A DNA stretch of 63,679 bases, the filler included, from Octopus bimaculoides (taxonomy: Eukaryota): NCBI RefSeq assembly GCF_001194135.2. It is 7 parts of 6 records of this genome, joined end to end, with 100 filler letters (N's around TTAATTAATTAA, not from the genome) between each part and the next. Parts side by side here need not be neighbours in the genome. Positions count along the whole stretch, not along the records: positions 1 to 19,739 come from NC_068990.1; 6 more parts are not named here. One strand, 5' to 3'. Position 1 is the first letter of the stretch; every line of letters starts with the position of its first letter. Below, piece after piece: positions 1 to 11,579 of the stretch. The translations under genes were made by a program, and so were the position numbers. The notes beneath the pieces are model-generated. The model saw only the letters and a list, made by a program, of their open reading frames with translations, had not been told where the DNA came from and ran no database searches.

Positions 1-50
<50 letters not shown>
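1..50. repeat. (GT)25 microsatellite
   Basis: Perfect dinucleotide run. Confidence 0.99.
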
Positions 51-53
<3 letters not shown>

Positions 54-1222
54 AAACCCCAAAAATGTTATTGTTAGAAATATGCTGTGTATGTATTTTG
101 TATTCTAAATCACTAACACAATTCTTAATATAATACAACTGTCTTATCTTTCGTACGCAATCACGCATCAAATCTCTGGTCGAATAAATATTTTGAAAGT
201 GAAAATACCCCTCTCCACTAAATAGTATTAGTGAATAATGGAGATTATCTCAGTAGCCGAAAGGACTTCCTAATCTGTAATGTTTCGACTTAATCTGAAA
301 TATGGCATTTAGATAAGCGAAAAATATTCTCATGAATAGCAATGAAAATACTTTTTAAAAAATCTATTTCTGAATACGAATTTTGGAAAACACTTGCAAA
401 CAAAAATCTCCATGGCAGATATTATTTAGTAAACTATTACTGAAAATTATAATACAAAACTGATGAATCAGATTGCAGTTATAGTTGTTTTTGTCCAAAA
501 ACAGTCTCACCCAATGCATCAAATCTGTAACCAAAAGATTTCCTGTGATATTTTCTCTTATGAAATAAGACTTCATTTTCCTTTTGTAATCACTATCTAG
601 TATTTCATTATCCAACACAATATGTTCTTTCCATTTTAAGGCTGTACTGTAGGACTTGAAAGAGATGTGATTGGTGGTCGCTGTGGTTACTAGGATGTAC
701 TGACAACTACAGGTTCTTTCCCGTTTCGGAGTGGTCGGAGTGATGAGCTCCTAAAATTATCAGCAAAACTGAGCAAAGGTATTTATCAGGCTATGTCCTG
801 AATTTGATTCTTGCTAGGGTCGATTGTATTAAGTTTTATCTAGGACATGTAGGATTCAGTAATTCAGAATTTACTTGTGTTTGATTGACTGGTTGGGTTG
901 TGGTTTGACTGCAAACACAAGCGGGTTGACAATGTTATTAAGCAAAATGTGAATGCAAGACTAGCGCTGGATGAGCATTTGGTTGCCTAGGACAATAGAA
1001 TTGATAGAAGTGAAGAGGAGGGATGGATATAATTTTTGGGGAATTCAATAGCAAGCATTTTCAGTTTCCATTTTGCTCTTTTGTATAAATTTCAACAACA
1101 GGGTAATCAATGTTCTTTTCTACTCTAGGCATAAAGCACGAACGTTTTGGGGAGGATGGTAACATTCTTTCCTTCAGTGACTGGTCGTGGATGCAATTCA
1201 CACCAGTCCGTAGGGTACTGGA

Positions 1223-1223
<1 letters not shown>

Positions 1224-1278
<55 letters not shown>
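1224..1278. repeat. (ATT)n microsatellite; also the 3' tail of the adjacent R4/Dong-type fragment
   Basis: Perfect trinucleotide run. Confidence 0.97.
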
Positions 1279-1279
<1 letters not shown>

Positions 1280-1414
1280 GGTTTGATTCATGATCGGTCT
1301 TATTCTTGGTAGGAGTTATGTGGGTAGCAGGTTATTACCTCTAACCTTAGGTATCCACAACTTTTCATTTGTCTTTCAAGTGATTAGAACCCTCCTAATA
1401 ATCCTTGATGTCCC
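1279..1414 (-). mobile_element. Extreme 3' end of an R4/Dong-type (RLE) non-LTR retrotransposon, heavily 5'-truncated
   Basis: The minus strand reads ...GTSRIIRRVLIT*, matching the GT(A/S)xI(L/I)R(K/R)xL C-terminus of this group. A short 3' UTR follows, and (AAT)n lies on both sides. Confidence 0.6.
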
Positions 1415-1474
1415 TATTATTATTATTTTTATTATTATTATCATTATTATTATTATTATTGTTGCTGTTGTTGT

Positions 1475-3361
1475 CGGCGAGGTAAGACGTTTTTTGAGCG
1501 TTCCGTAAGTTTGAATTTTTCTTGTGTATTATTGAAGGTTGCTGACTGTTATTTAACTGTTTTTGTTTTCTGAACCCCTTTTTAGGGGAGAATTTTGGGT
1601 TAGAGCCATTTCCATTTTTCTTTTCTTTTCTCTTTTTTTTTTTTTTTTGCTTTTCGTTGAGAAGAACAAGATGGATTCCTCTGTTGAGAGGAGAGGCAGT
1701 GACTGTTCTGACGCCCGGGACAGCGCGGATTTCCCCCCTCTGACAAGCACCGATAACAACACCGGTAACAACACCAATAACGGCATACACACGAATAAAC
1801 AAGAAAATACTTCCACGAACAACAAAGAAAATGAAAACGCGAACAACATTAAAAGCAAAACGAACCGACGCGGTTTTGCTTCAGCGGCGAAACAAACAAG
1901 AGAAAAAATAAATATTTCTCTAGAAGAAATAAAAGAATCAAAAGAATTAATAACGAAAGATGGAAACAATATCCATCTAAACACAACGAAAGAAATTATA
2001 AGAGAAACGAACAGCAAAACCGTCACGTACAAAAGCATAAACTTAAAAAAAGAATAAAAGTGGAACAAGCCACTAAACAACAATAGAAATATTACTTACA
2101 ACAATTTGGACAGACAACACCTATGTAACACGACTCTGTGAAAGTGCGTTTTGCAACAGACGAAGCAAAACAGCATTCCACAGTGAAATTAAAGACTGAA
2201 GAATTCTTGTTCGTGTCGACACACCTAGGTCGGCGCGTGACAAAAATTTAAATTGGGGTGGTGCCCTCTGAAATAGATATGTGTTGGCTGGTGGATGTCC
2301 TCTTTGGTATAGAGGATGCCACCACAATACTGGAGGTGCATAAATTGCACCAACAAATTTGGACGGGTCAGGGGTTGGAGCTTCTTATTCAAGTTGAACA
2401 AGGGGCCCTAAATTCAATTGCTGACTCAATAAATCTACCAGACGATACGCGACTTCATGTGGCTGTGGAGGGTAGGAGGCCGAGGTGCTGTTATTGTGGA
2501 AACGATTAGCACTTCAAGGTCGACTGCCCCAAATACAAAGAAATGTGTCGGACACTACAACCGACACCAGAAACAGGGGCACCTTCAGTAGAACAGTAGC
2601 AACAGCAGCAGCAGCAGCAGAAACCGACCCAAACACCAACACTATCACCACCCGCAACAGCAACAGTGACGCCGCCAGAGCACCACCAACACCAGCAACA
2701 AAGACGCCAGCCGGAGTACCACCATCACCACCAGTAGCAGTAACACCACAACCTCCACCAGCACTACCACCTCAAACACCAACACCACCTCCACCATCAC
2801 NNNNNNNNNNNNNNNNNNNNNNNNNNNNNNNNNNNNNNNNNNNNNNNNNNNNNNNNNNNNNNNNNNNNNNNNNNNNNNNNNNNNNNNNNNNNNNNNNNNN
2901 ACCAGCACTACCACCTCAAACACCAACACCACCTCCACCAGCACTACCACGCCAAACACAAAAGCTGCGTTGTTAGAGCTAAGGCACGTTCACTAAGAGG
3001 GGAGGGAACGAAAGCGTCACGATGGGCTCGCATGGCGAAGACGAAAAGTGGCAATAACGTCATCATTCCGTTTTTGTTGGACCAGAACAAATGCGATGTG
3101 CTCGAACCGAAACAGATGTGGGCGGCTTTTCAGCACCAATTTACTCGACTGTTCGAGACGAATTGTAGGACAGATAACAGGACAGACTTCGGTCGGTGTG
3201 TACCTGGACGGCCTACCACGACTCTCAGCGAGCGAGGCGGAATGCTGCGAATGGCCAGTAGCTGCCACGGAGATCCAATAAGCGATGAAGAGCTGCACGA
3301 GAGGTAGATCACCGGGTTTGGATGGTGTGCCTTACGAACTTTGTATTTCAATGCCAGACTT
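1475..3361 (+). mobile_element. Decayed Tx1/L1-type LINE: 5' UTR, ORF1 with CCHC knuckle, Pro/Thr-rich tail, partial ORF2
   Basis: ORF1 starts at ATG 1671 (MDSS...DFPPL) and continues through stops and a frameshift to VEGRRPRCCYCGND*HFKVDCP (Cx2Cx4Hx4C, 2486-2527). The ORF2 remnant at ~2960-3361 reads VVRAKARSLRGEGTKAS and LPRLS...EIQ*AMKSCTRGRSPGLDGVPYEL, typical of the L1/Tx1 linker and RT start. Confidence 0.8.
2758..2959 (+). repeat. 36-bp Pro/Thr-coding tandem repeat (ccagcactaccacctcaaacaccaacaccacctcca), interrupted by a 100-N gap
   Basis: The unit is seen at 2758-2793 and 2902-2937, with a partial copy at 2938-2959. Confidence 0.85.
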
Positions 3362-3988
3362 GATATGACTAAGTTAGTTTTCCACCTCTTTCAGTCTCTA
3401 AGTACAGTTTTGTCCACCAGGCGTTGATCCTTGGTTCCTCTGCACTTACGCTTGCAACCCTTCTGATCATGTAGCAGTACTCCATCTTTTTCCAGACGTC
3501 CGTACATTGACTCTGTGACTATTCCAATCAATAATTTCTTCGTAAGTGGCAAGCAGGATATCGGCCTGTAATTGTCTACCATATTACCTTTTTGAAGCAC
3601 AGCACCATCCTACCCAATGTCAACCACTCTGGTGTTACCTGGTCGACATTTTACAAGGTGTTTAGTTGTACAGCTTATTCGTGCATGACATTCACCAGCA
3701 GCCTTGAACTCCATATAGTCCCGGGGCCTTCCAGTTGCCCCCCCCCCCTTTTTTTTGCTGATTTCCTTCACTTCCCTAACTGAAATGACTAGTTCTGCCT
3801 ATTTTGGACTGACTACTGTTTGTTCTTGCAACCATTCAGCATCCTTCTTGTGCTCCTTGTCTTTGCTCCAGGTGTCACTCCAAAATCTTTGACTTCCAAT
3901 GTTATCTGGTATCGACTTCTCATCTGTACACTCTCCGTTTATTTCTTTGTAGAATCTCTTCTCATATACTCTGGATAACTTATTTTGC
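3362..3988 (-). mobile_element. R4/Dong-type retrotransposon internal fragment (pre-RT region and start of RT)
   Basis: Minus-strand translations include QNKLSRVYEKRFYKEING...[45 protein letters not shown] and [10 protein letters not shown]...[23 protein letters not shown]. Confidence 0.85.
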
Positions 3989-4020
3989 GTATCATTATCA
4001 TTATTGTTATTATTATTATT

Positions 4021-4342
4021 GTTCAGTAGTTTTATTTTTATAACGTGCTTTCACTTCACTACCGAACGCAGCTCTGTGCGCCTTGGGTATGTGCTGTGGT
4101 TTGCTGTGGTGCTCTTATGTTTACTGTATTGAAAGTGTTTTGCGTAGAATGTGTGCAGTACCCAGTAGTGCAATTTTCTGTATGTTATATATATTTGTAA
4201 GTCCTGGTATTTTTGTTATGTATTTGTCTGAATATTTTTTTATTATACCTAAGGCACCTACTATGATAGGAATTGTTTCTGTTTTTAGATTCCACATTCG
4301 AGTTATCTCTATTTCCAGGTCTTTGTATTTTGAAAGTTTTTC

Positions 4343-4343
<1 letters not shown>
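4021..4343 (-). mobile_element. 5'-truncated R4/Dong-type retrotransposon: ORF C-terminus plus 3' UTR
   Basis: An open frame reads EKLSKYKDLEIEITRMWNLKTETIPIIVGALG...IQKIALLGTAHILRKTLSIQ*. (AAT)n flanks both ends. Confidence 0.9.
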
Positions 4344-4406
<63 letters not shown>

Positions 4407-4423
4407 TTTATTATCATTATTAC
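4344..4423. repeat. (ATT)n microsatellite
   Basis: Near-perfect trinucleotide run. Confidence 0.97.
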
Positions 4424-5749
4424 GCAATAATGTATATTATAATATGCGATAATATTTATTCATTACAGGATGACACTGTCACTCACTATACATTTACAAA
4501 TTCATAACCAGGTTACTGAGGCTTCTTTCCACTAAGTTATGCAAAATGAAATTGCTATATGAATTCAACTAAAATGCTTTTTTTTTTTTTTTGAAATATT
4601 GATTCTGATGTATAAGAAACGAGAGAGAGAAAAATTCTTTTCGTTAGTATTTTTTAGTTGAAGAGCTTCTTGACTCCTTGTTAATATAGAAAGGCCGCCA
4701 TTTTTTTGTAATAAAACGAATTGAATATTCTAATATGTAATAAAATACGATATTCAGATAAATCACATTAACATTCTTAAGTTAGATATTTTCAACAATA
4801 TATTATTTTCTCTGAAGTAAAGCATAAATTATTTTTTACTTATCATACTAAAATATTTTTATAATCATTTCTACGTTTTGGTTATTTTATGAGTGTTGTT
4901 ATTGTTGTTGTTGTTCAATCTCAGGTCCTCTCTGATTGAGTAACTGCCTCATCATTTCAATCATATTTTTGTCTTATTTTATATAACGCTTCTTCTTCTA
5001 AAAGATGATGGAGTATGACATGAGTTATATTTAACTGTCATTTCTAACAAGCTAAACGAGCACATAAAGACATGGAGACGCATATTTGTAGTTCTTGTTT
5101 CAGATATACCAGCAAATCTAGATTTTACAATCATGGTGTTGCTTGTTTTGATGAATCTCCACATGAATCTCCTAAACGAGGTTGTGGTGGTGAACGCGTA
5201 AATCAAGCTAGAACAGGAGAAAAACAAGAACACGTCTTCTTTGTTCCAGCTACAACAGAGAGAAAGAAAGAAAAGCGGCCGATGGTCACGTGGGAGTCAC
5301 GTAAGCAAGGGAGGAGGAGTGAGGGAGAGAGAGTGACAGTGTAATAGGATAGGTAGAACTGAACCAAAAGTCTTTCTTAATCAATATCCCAGATTGTTGT
5401 TTTTTCGTAACTAAAAACTATCTAATGTCACGTTGTCAACTTGAAGCTTGTTCGTACACCTTTATAACTTGAACATACAACATTTCTGTTATACAGGATA
5501 TTTTTCTGTAAATTTTAATTATTCTGTCGGACGAGATTTTCGGTAGTAGTATATAGATTGTGAAGAGATAAACTTCGAGTGTTGCGTGTCTCAGGTGTTG
5601 ATCTTACCTTCGAAACTCAGCTGATTTACTCCTAATGAGCAAATAATTTTTCAATGATATTGAATATATCCTTTACGTCAGAGCACTCTATTTCAAAGAA
5701 TTACAATCAAATATATTCAAAGTTGGAAATGCCAGACTTTTCCAGTCGC

Positions 5750-5904
5750 TTAACCCTTCTGTATTAAAATTACTCTGTTAAATGTAATCCTCGGAGATTT
5801 TAGGTGAATTTGTTTATTTTTAGAAGGGCATTTCAGCGTACGAGTGACAGGCGACATCTGGCCGTTATGAGGTTTCGGCCCGGACGGCTGCTTTAAATAC
5901 TAAA
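5750..5904. mobile_element. Degenerate piggyBac-like MITE remnant
   Basis: Begins TTAA-CCCTT. The far end (TTTAAATACTAAA) is a partial inverted match to the start. Resembles a recurrent octopus MITE from memory; not verified. Confidence 0.35.
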
Positions 5905-7387
5905 TATGCAAAGTTCTTTTTATTATACACACCTTACTCGTTTTTGTTATTTCTTTATATTAAGCTCGATTTTATAAAATGGTTTTCTAATGTATTCTTA
6001 ATATTTTTTGGCAGAGTACCTTCGTAGATTCAACCTTGTTGCTGATTATTGCTTTATAGAATTGATTGGTTCATGTGCCATCGCTTCAAGTTGGACTTCC
6101 AAACGACCTTCTTCACTGTCCAGTGTTGCTTGCAAAACTGGCTTTCAGAGTATTAACTTTTCTCTAATCCCATATATTTTTATCATGTCAAGTAGTAACC
6201 TTAAGTATTCAAGCGTTGGTAGACACATTCACTCGATGATAATGTTGTATTTAATCATCATGAGATCCATATTATAATTGAATTTATTTCGAGGCGAGGT
6301 GTTGTATTCCCGAATCTGAATTATTTTAATTGCTTCAACACGTACAATATCCATTTTATGCTATAATTTATTCTTTCACTTTTCTATATCATGTTGGCAC
6401 ATTTTGTCTTTTGCAATTATATCGTTCGCTTGTACCTGTATCGTGTTTTGCTCTGTGTATGCAAGCGTATAGAAAATTGCTCACTTGGATAATAAAATTT
6501 ACTATCATAATCCTATGATTTGTTATCTCTGTTTATGCATTGCTGAAAGCGCCCCATAATATATGCTGTTCTTTCAGAGACAGTCTCTTAAAAGTTATCT
6601 ATAATTCATAGGTGTCACTTCAGAATGTTGAGTTTTAGCAAGCCGTTGATGCATATATCATCGGTTTCTTGTTCAGCAGCTATTGACTGTTACCGAGATC
6701 CAAAAGTAACAGAGGCCAGATTTATACATTCTCTAACAAAATACAGTGACTAAGGTAATAATTCCTACACTATTAATCTCCATATTATTATGATGATCAT
6801 TACTGTTATCGCTGTTAATATTATTGTTATTATTAGTACGAACATCATTACCATTTCTTCCTCTGTTAAGAGCACCTTCAAATAAATTATAATACTCTCT
6901 CTTTATGGCTTTGATTCCTAATTTTGCTAACCAATGTCCTTTGTTGTTGGATATTTTAATATTGTCCACTTGATAAAATATTTTTATTTCATTTTATTAT
7001 TTCTTTTTTTTTTGTTCGTTTATGAGCTAGTCGATGTTCAGAATAAGTTGTATCAATATTAATTTGTTTCCAGTATCGATACATTGATCGCCAATACAAT
7101 ATTTGAGCATTTATGGCAGCATGGTATTAGCATCTGACGAAGTTAAATTCGCTTTGCTTTTCTGTCTTGTTCTTTGTCTAGTTGTCACTGGATATTCTTG
7201 CCGTTCTGCTCTGTTTTATAGTAACACACACGAGGAAGAATAGCGTTTGGTTGTTACCGGTCGCGTTAGACTCATTAAAGAATCCGTGAAAGAAAATATT
7301 TCTATTTTGAGCGATCTGGTTTAATAATTTCAAATCTAGCTGTCTTGGTCACACCCGGTTACATAGAAGTTTTGATGGGATATTGGT

Positions 7388-7388
<1 letters not shown>

Positions 7389-7475
<87 letters not shown>

Positions 7476-7477
7476 TG

Positions 7478-7526
<49 letters not shown>

Positions 7527-7550
7527 TGATGATGATAATAATAATAATAA
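7389..7550. repeat. (AAT)n/(GAT)n microsatellite; SINE tail
   Basis: Long trinucleotide run abutting the SINE 3' end. Confidence 0.97.
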
Positions 7551-7763
7551 GGGCTTCAAATTTTGCCACAAGGGCAGTAATTTTAGGGTAAGGGATGAGT
7601 CGATTTCATTGACCCTCAGTGTTTCACTGTTACTTAATTTATCAATACCGAAAGGATGAAAGGCAAAGTCTACTTCGGCGGAATATGAACTCCGAAGGTA
7701 AAAACGGACGAAATACCGCTAAGCATTTCGTCCAGCGTGCAAACGATTCCGCCAGCTCACCGT
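7551..7763 (-). mobile_element. tRNA-derived SINE, family B (central domain resembling the Meta-domain SINEs)
   Basis: The minus strand reads GGTGAGCTGGCGGAATCG...GAGTTCATATTCCGCCG...TTTCATCCTTTCGG..GATAAATTAAGT... followed by a (TTA)n tail. Homologous copies lie at 15829, 29316 and 48631. Confidence 0.85.
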
Positions 7764-7776
7764 AATAATAATAATG

Positions 7777-7812
<36 letters not shown>

Positions 7813-7813
7813 C

Positions 7814-7844
<31 letters not shown>

Positions 7845-7871
7845 AAGAAGAAGAAGAAGAAGAAGAAGAAC
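7764..7871. repeat. Compound (AAT)n-(AAG)n microsatellite
   Basis: Seen directly. Confidence 0.97.
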
Positions 7872-8059
7872 TATTCTTTCGAGCAACAAAAGACAAATGG
7901 AAAAAAAGACAAACAGCATAAAGAACGACTCTTCATCAGTTGTTGGCTGTTTTTCTAGTCTCGTATTTCGAACATTTAACAACAATATACGCTTTCGATA
8001 AAGCAGTTGCTCTCGCAAAGCAAATTAAATAAAATTTGGGATTTTGCGGAGGGTCAAAA

Positions 8060-8340
8060 TAGGACAGGCTCATGAGCCAGGTTTTCCGGTTTCTATGGCG
8101 TATATGTTCCCCTCAGCTGGACGGGACGCCACTCCATCGCAGCGTTAATCACGAAGCAGGAAGAAAATGTGAGAGAAAGTTGGGACGAAAGAGTATAACA
8201 GGGGCCGCCGCCACCCGCTGCCCCGTGGAGCTTAGGTGTTTTCGCTCAATAAACACTCACAACACCCGATCTGGGAATCGAAACCGCGATCCTCCGATCG
8301 CGAGTCCGCTGCCCTAACCACTGGGCCACTGCGCCTCCAC
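8060..8340 (-). mobile_element. tRNA-derived SINE with a family C head and a family D-type tail
   Basis: The head has A box TGGCCCAGTGG and B box GGTTTCGATTCCC, as at 41777. The tail CTGCGATGGAGTGGCGTCCCGTCC...GAAACCGG resembles the one at 54591. Confidence 0.85.
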
Positions 8341-8780
8341 AAAATGTTATCTAGCTTAAAGGTTTATTTTTGTTATTCTAGTCATGTTGGAAAGAAGATT
8401 AATTGGAGTTTATTCACGTGATTTCGAACGAAATGAGAGCCTTTAGCAAATCATTTTATTTTATTTTCAATTTGACGTACAGATATATTATAAAACAGTG
8501 AGGTAGCTTTCACAGTTATAGAGTTGTCTGAAAACGTTGGTGTTGTGCTGAAGTTGGCGACGATGTAAATATAGTGAACGTGATTGACATATGCTTAAAT
8601 GATTTGGAGTAGGTTGACCCAGGCGTTAATGAAAATGTCAATAGCACTCTCTCACTAGTTTCATTTGCTACCGATTTCGTATGTCTAGTTTATGATGGGA
8701 AACATGAAAATGTATTCGTAAACTGATTTCGTCATGTTTTATTTTTGCGAGTGATATCGGCTAATATTGTGAGAAAAGAA

Positions 8781-8914
8781 GGCGCAGGCTTGACTGTATA
8801 AAAAGAAGCTTACTTTCCAACCACAAGATTTTGGGTTCAGTTCCATTGTATGGCACCTTGGGCAAGTGTCTTCTACTATAGCGTCAGGTTGACCAAAGCC
8901 CTGTGAGTGGATTT
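8781..8914 (+). mobile_element. tRNA-derived SINE, family A (CORE-like CCTTGGGCAAGTG), 3'-truncated
   Basis: GGGTTCAGTTCC B box, then GGCACCTTGGGCAAGTGTCTTCTACTATAG. Confidence 0.8.
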
Positions 8915-8920
8915 AATAAC

Positions 8921-9235
8921 GTGGCACTCTGTCAGTTACGACGACGAGCGTTCCAGTTGATCCGATCAACGGAACAGCCTGCTCGTGAAATTAACGTGTA
9001 AGTGGCTGAGCACTCCACAGACACGTACGTATACTCTTTACGTAGTTCTCAGGAAGTTTCGTCTGGCCATTGAAATAAAGGTACAACAGAAACAGGAAAA
9101 AAGACTGAAAGTTGTGGGGAAAGAGTACAGCAGGGTTCGTCACCACCCCCTGCCGAAGTCTCGCAGGGCTTTAGGTATTTTCTCTCAATAAACACTCTGC
9201 GATCATACGAACGCGAATCAGCTGCCCTATTCACT
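8921..9235 (-). mobile_element. SINE family C, degenerate
   Basis: Homologous to 41777-42159 (GATCCGATCAACGGAACAGCCTGCTCGTGAAATTAACG). Confidence 0.85.
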
Positions 9236-9545
9236 NNNNNNNNNNNNNNNNNNNNNNNNNNNNNNNNNNNNNNNNNNNNNNNNNNNNNNNNNNNNNNNNN
9301 NNNNNNNNNNNNNNNNNNNNNNNNNNNNNNNNNNNNNNNNNNNNNNNNNNNNNNNNNNNNNNNNNNNNNNNNNNNNNNNNNNNNNNNNNNNNNNNNNNNN
9401 NNNNNNNNNNNNNNNNNNNNNNNNNNNNNNNNNNNNNNNNNNNNNNNNNNNNNNNNNNNNNNNNNNNNNNNNNNNNNNNNNNNNNNNNNNNNNNNNNNNN
9501 NNNNNNTATATATATATATATATATGTATATAGCAATGTGCATAC

Positions 9546-9712
9546 ATCGTTGTCCCCACCACCGCTTGGCAACCCGTGAGGGTGTGTTTATGTTCCTATA
9601 AGTACTAGACTTTTAAAAAATAAAGTCCTGGAATCGATTTGTTCGACTTAAATACTTCAGAGCAGTGCCCCAGCATGACCGCAGTCAAATGATTAAAACA
9701 AGTAAAAGATTA
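9546..9712 (+). mobile_element. SINE family E, 3' portion
   Basis: GATTTGTTCGACT...GTGCCCCAGCATGACCGCAGTCAAATGATTAAAACAAGTAAAAG; homologous to the reverse complement of 28601-28800. Confidence 0.7.
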
Positions 9713-10316
9713 AAGGTAAAAAAAAGGCTACTGATTATTGTGTATCAAATATATAGAAGTTAAGAGGTTATATATTGTGTATGAAATATATAGAAGTTAA
9801 GACGTAGAGTTTTGATATTCTATCTTCATTGAAGATGGAGAGTAACGCTTAGTGAACGTCGAACTGCGATGGCTTTCAATGTACATGTTAGCGTATGGAA
9901 GCCTAGGTTGCGTTTCTTCTTATAAGCCTTTTGTTTTACTCGTTGCAGCACACCTTTGAATGATATAATCCGATAATGTATCGATATATTGTCTTTCATA
10001 GATAGAATATAATACACCATCGTAATTCTTCCAAGTTTTGAATATGTTGCGAGCTGATGATCGAGCAAAATATTTCTGGTACACAGATAACGAAAGCTAA
10101 AAATACACATATTCTTAACATGAAACATTATAAAGGAAAGAGTTGTAAAGCGCAAATTTTAGGGGAAAATGCTGCAAAACATATCGATACTATATGGGTT
10201 TTTATATTAATCATACTTATGTATATCAAAATTGTGAAAATAACATACTTCAAGAAAGAGAAACATTATTATAGATTCTCTAATGAAATTCCTTCAGGTA
10301 CATAAATAGCCATCAG

Positions 10317-10397
<81 letters not shown>

Positions 10398-11313
10398 NNN
10401 NNNNNNNNNNNNNNNNNNNNNNNNNNNNNNNNNNNNNNNNNNNNNNNNNNNNNNNNNNNNNNNNNNNNNNNNNNNNNNNNNNNNNNNNNNNNNNNNNNNN
10501 NNNNNNNNNNNNNNNNNNNNNNNNNNNNNNNNNNNNNNNNNNNNNNNNNNNNNNNNNNNNNNNNNNNNNNNNNNNNNNNNNNNNNNNNNNNNNNNNNNNN
10601 NNNNNNNNNNNNNNNNNNNNNNNNNNNNNNNNNNNNNNNNNNNNNNNNNNNNNNNNNNNNNNNNNNNNNNNNNNNNNNNNNNNNNNNNNNNNNNNNNNNN
10701 NNNNNNNNNNNNNNNNNNNNNNNNNNNNNNNNNNNNNNNNNNNNNNNNNNNNNNNNNNNNNNNNNNNNNNNNNNNNNNNNNNNNNNNNNNNNNNNNNNNN
10801 NNNNNNNNNNNNNNNNNNNNNNNNNNNNNNNNNNNNNNNNNNNNNNNNNNNNNNNNNNNNNNNNNNNNNNNNNNNNNNNNNNNNNNNNNNNNNNNNNNNN
10901 NNNNNNNNNNNNNNNNNNNNNNNNNNNNNNNNNNNNNNNNNNNNNNNNNNNNNNNNNNNNNNNNNNNNNNNNNNNNNNNNNNNNNNNNNNNNNNNNNNNN
11001 NNNNNNNNNNNNNNNNNNNNNNNNNNNNNNNNNNNNNNNNNNNNNNNNNNNNNNNNNNNNNNNNNNNNNNNNNNNNNNNNNNNNNNNNNNNNNNNNNNNN
11101 NNNNNNNNNNNNNNNNNNNNNNNNNNNNNNNNNNNNNNNNNNNNNNNNNNNNNNNNNNNNNNNNNNNNNNNNNNNNNNNNNNNNNNNNNNNNNNNNNNNN
11201 NNNNNNNNNNNNNNNNNNNNNNNNNNNNNNNNNNNNNNNNNNNNNNNNNNNNNNNNNNNNNNNNNNNNNNNNNNNNNNNNNNNNNNNNNNNNNNNNNNNN
11301 NNNNNNNNNNNNN

Positions 11314-11505
11314 GAAAATGTATTCTCTACAATAACATCAATCGAAAACGATCGAGGCCCTAGAGTAACGAACCAGCACAAACCACATTGAAACTGAATT
11401 GCATCCAAAACAGGTCATGTTGTCAATTTGGTGGGATTACAAAGGTGTTGTGTATTTTGAGCTGCTTCCAAGGAACCAAACGGTCAAATCGAATAACTCT
11501 TATCG
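11314..11505 (+). mobile_element. Mariner transposase fragment (catalytic region)
   Basis: EKCILYNNINRKRS..., then after a frameshift ELHPKQVMLSIWWDYKGVVYFELLPRNQTV. Confidence 0.85.
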
Positions 11506-11543
11506 CGAAAAATCGTGCTTTATATATATATATATATATATAT

Positions 11544-11579
<36 letters not shown>

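Noticed and set aside
6000-7140. Possible highly decayed Penelope GIY-YIG/RT relic (minus strand)
   Set aside because: Only scattered short motifs across several frames; too weak to call.
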